From: Eledone cirrhosa
Lineage: Eukaryota
NCBI GenBank assembly: GCA_964016885.1
Contig: OZ024743.1
Span: 307,644,001-307,708,000, forward strand
Length of the DNA: 64,000 nucleotides
Reading direction: 5' to 3'
Part shown: positions 61,701 through 64,000 of the stretch, piece after piece
How positions within the stretch are numbered: the stretch's first letter is position 1
How the letters are laid out: every line of letters begins with the position of its first letter
Notes under the pieces: generated by a model
Told to the model about the DNA's origin: nothing
The model's input: the letters and a program-made list of their open reading frames with translations, nothing else
Databases searched by the model: none
Translations under genes and position numbers: made by a program

Positions 61701-64000
61701 TGTGTCTGTAAAGGTTTGAAAGATAGGAGGTGAGCATGCCCTGCTGGATGTGTAAAGTTTGTGTCTGTAAAGGTTTGAAAGATAGGAGGTGAGCATGTCC
61801 TGCTGGATGTGTAAAGTTTGTGTCTGTAAAGGTTTGAAAGATAGGAGGTGAGCATGCCTAGATGGTTGTGTAAAGTTTGTGTCTGTAAAGGTTTGAAAGA
61901 TAGGAGGTGAACATGCCTTGCTGGATGTGTAAAGTTTGTGTCTGTAAAGTTTTGAAAGATAGGAGGTGAGCATGCCTTGATGGATGTGTAAAGTTTGTGT
62001 CTGTAAAGGTTTGAAAGATAGGAGGCGAGTATGCCTTGCTGGATGTGTAAAGTTTGTGTCTGTAAAGGTTTGAAAGATAGGAGGTGAGCATGCCTTGCTG
62101 GATGTGTAAAGTTTGTGTCTGTAAAGGTTTGAAAGATAGGAGGTGAGCATGCCTTGATGGATGTGTAAAGTTTGTGTCTGTAAAGGTTTGAAAGATAGGA
62201 GGTGAGCATGCCTTGCTGGATGTGTAAAGTTTGTGTCTGTAAAGGTTTGAAAGATAGGAGGTGAGCATGCCTTGATGGATGTGTAAAGTTTGTGTCTGTA
62301 AAGGTTTGAAAGATAGGAGGTGAGCATGCCTTGCTGGATGTGTAAAGTTTGTGTCTGTAAAGGTTTGAAAGATAGGAGGTGAGCATGCCTTGCTGGATGC
62401 GTAAAGTTTGTGTCTGTAAAGGTTTGAAAGATAGGAGGTGAGCATGCCTTGCTGGATGTGTAAAGTTTGTGTCTGTAAAGGTTTGAAAGATATGAGGTGA
62501 GCATGCCCTGCTGGATGTGTAAAGTTTGTGTCTGTAAAGGTTTGAAAGATAGGAGGTGAGCATGCCTTGCTAGATGTGTAAAGTTTGTGTCTGTAAAGGT
62601 TTGAAAGATAGGAGGTGAACATGCCTTGCTGGGTGTGTAAACTTTGTGTCTGTAAAGGTTTGAAACATAGGAGGTGAGCATGCCCTGCTGGATGTGTAAA
62701 GTTTGTGTCTGTAAAGGTTTGAAAGATAGGAGGTGAACATGCCCTGCTGGATGTGTAAAGTTTGTGTCTGTAAAGGTTTGAAAGATAGGAGGTGAGCATG
62801 CCCTGCTGGAAGTGTAAAGTGTGTGTCTGTAAAGGTTTGAAAGATAGGAGGTGAGCATGCCTTGCTGGATGTGTAAAGTTTGTCTGTAAAGGTTTGAAAG
62901 ATAGGTGAGCATGCCTTGATGGATATGTAAAGTTTGTGTCTGTAAAGGTTTGAAAGATAGGTGAGCATGCCTTGATGGATGTGTAAAGTTTGTGTCTGTA
63001 AAGGTTTGAAAGATAGGAGGTGAGTATGCCCTGCTGGATGTGTAAAGTTTGTGTCTGTAAAGTTTTGAAAGATAGGTGAGCATGCCTTGATGGATGTGTA
63101 AAGTTTGTGTCTGTAAAGGTTTGAAAGATAGGTGAGCATGCCTTGATGGATGTGTAAAGTTTGTGTCTGTAAAGGTTTGAAAGATAGGAGGTCAGCATGC
63201 CTTGCTGGATGTGTAAAGTTTGTGTCTGTAAAGGTTTGAAAGATAGGAGGTGAGCATGCCCTGCTGGATGTGTAAAGTTTGTGTCTGTAAAGGTTTGAAA
63301 GATAGGTGAGCATGCCTTGATGGATGTGTAAAGTTTGTGTCTGTAAAGGTTTGAAAGATAGGTGAGCATGCCTTGATGGATGTGTAAAGTTTGTGTCTGT
63401 AAAGGTTTGAAAGATAGGAGGTCAGCATGCCTTGCTGGATGTGTAAAGTTTGTGTCTGTAAAGGTTTGAAAGATAGGAGGTCAGCATGCCTTGCTGGATG
63501 TGTAAAGTTTGTGTCTGTAAAGGTTTGAAAGATAGGAGGTGAGCATGCCCTGCTGGATGTGTAAAGTTTGTGTCTGTAAAGGTTTGAAAGATAGGTGAGC
63601 ATGCCTTGCTTCATGTGTAAAGTTTGTCTGTAAAGGTTTGAAAGATAGGTGAGCATGCCTTGATGGATGTGTAAAGTTTGTGTCTGTAAAGGTTTGAAAG
63701 ATAGGTGAGCATGCCTTGATGGATGTGTAAAGTTTGTGTCTGTAAAGGTTTGAAAGATAGGAGGTCAGCATGCCTTGCTGGATGTGTAAAGTTTGTGTCT
63801 GTAAAGGTTTGAAAGATAGGAGGTGAGCATGCCCTGCTGGATGTGTAAAGTTTGTGTCTGTAAAGGTTTGAAAGATAGGTGAGCATGCCTTGCTTCATGT
63901 GTAAAGTTTGTCTGTAAAGGTTTGAAAGATAGGTGAGCATGCCTTGATGGATATGTAAAGTTTGTGTCTGTAAAGGTTTGAAAGATAGGTGAGCATGCCT
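46800..64000. repeat. Duplication with 11,333-bp offset (~46800-52667 = ~58133-64000, truncated by the window end)
   Basis: ORF ends 46970/58303, 47496/58829, 48274/59607, 49549/60882, 50525/61858, 51859/63192 and 52278/63611 share offset 11333. The rare CCTAGATGGTTG occurs at ~50524/61857. Confidence 0.93.
51241..57760. repeat. Near-tandem duplication with 3327-bp offset nested in the 11.3-kb unit
   Basis: ORF ends 51859/55186, 52148/55475, 52887/56214, 53598/56925 and 54221/57548 share offset 3327. Confidence 0.9.

Larger units (their letters stand above)
1..64000. repeat. Tandem satellite DNA array, 59/56-bp monomer, ~1,100 copies, with no edge visible in the window
   Basis: Every line consists of variants of GAGGTGAGCATGCCTTGCTGGATGTGTAAAGTTTGTGTCTGTAAAGGTTTGAAAGATAG in one orientation. 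Monomers typically differ from consensus by only a few substitutions and/or the GAG indel. Consensus composition is G20 T19 A15 C5 (42% GC). Confidence 0.99.

Noticed and set aside
76-63940. About 100 long minus-strand ORFs (up to 2519 aa) as protein-coding genes
   Set aside because: All three frames overlap and encode the same low-complexity repeat. There are no unique termini or domains, and the stops come from freely spreading satellite variants.
1-64000. CRISPR array (GTTT...TTGAAAG resembles CRISPR repeat ends; period ~59 bp)
   Set aside because: The would-be spacers are near-identical rather than unique, and there is no leader or cas gene in the window.
1-64000. Telomeric repeat or G-quadruplex array
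   Set aside because: Although G/T-rich, it has no short TTAGGG-type unit and the consensus has no GGG runs.
1-64000. Known satellites such as alpha (171 bp) or CEN178; note 3x59 = 177
   Set aside because: There is no recognisable similarity or CENP-B box, and variants show no trimeric phasing, so the 177-bp figure is coincidental.
1-64000. Rolling-circle or sequencing concatemer artefact
   Set aside because: Variants are shared hierarchically between distant blocks with small differences between copies, which fits evolutionary history rather than random error. Exact block copy numbers still need read validation.
1-64000. tRNA/5S/snRNA/SL RNA tandem gene cluster, or C2H2 zinc-finger minisatellite (84 bp)
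   Set aside because: There are no A/B boxes, cloverleaf or recognisable RNA sequence. The unit is not 84 bp and lacks the C2H2 His pair and TGEKP linker.

Overview
The entire 64-kb window is one uninterrupted head-to-tail satellite array of roughly 1,100 monomers (64,000 / ~58). It has no unique sequence, no inversions and no visible array edge. The consensus monomer (59 bp, + strand) is GAGGTGAGCATGCC(T/C)TG(C/A)TGGATGTGTAAAGTTTGTGTCTGTAAAGGTTTGAAAGATAG. A 56-bp form lacking GAG is very common, and rarer 54-, 57-, 60- and 41-bp forms occur. The long minus-strand ORFs in the supplied track are by-products of a monomer with no stop codon on that strand, and I do not call them genes. Diagnostic variants reveal nested block duplications rather than one fixed higher-order repeat, with offsets of 118, 279, 284, 923, 1282, 2936, 3080, 3327, 3478, 4525, 6552, 10316/10375/10434 and 11333 bp, plus one block dispersed over 35-47 kb. 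Two speculative observations are not shown by the ORF track. First, each consensus monomer on the + strand reads as AGGAGG-5 nt-ATG...TGA, encoding an 18-aa Cys-rich peptide (MPCWMCKVCVCKGLKDRR). Second, each carries a perfect p53-family half-site (GAGCATGCCY) overlapping a 5' splice-site-like AG|GTGAG. Both may be coincidental. The organism cannot be identified from the sequence; a eukaryote is likely given the array size (inference). Block boundaries were read by eye and are approximate to about one monomer.
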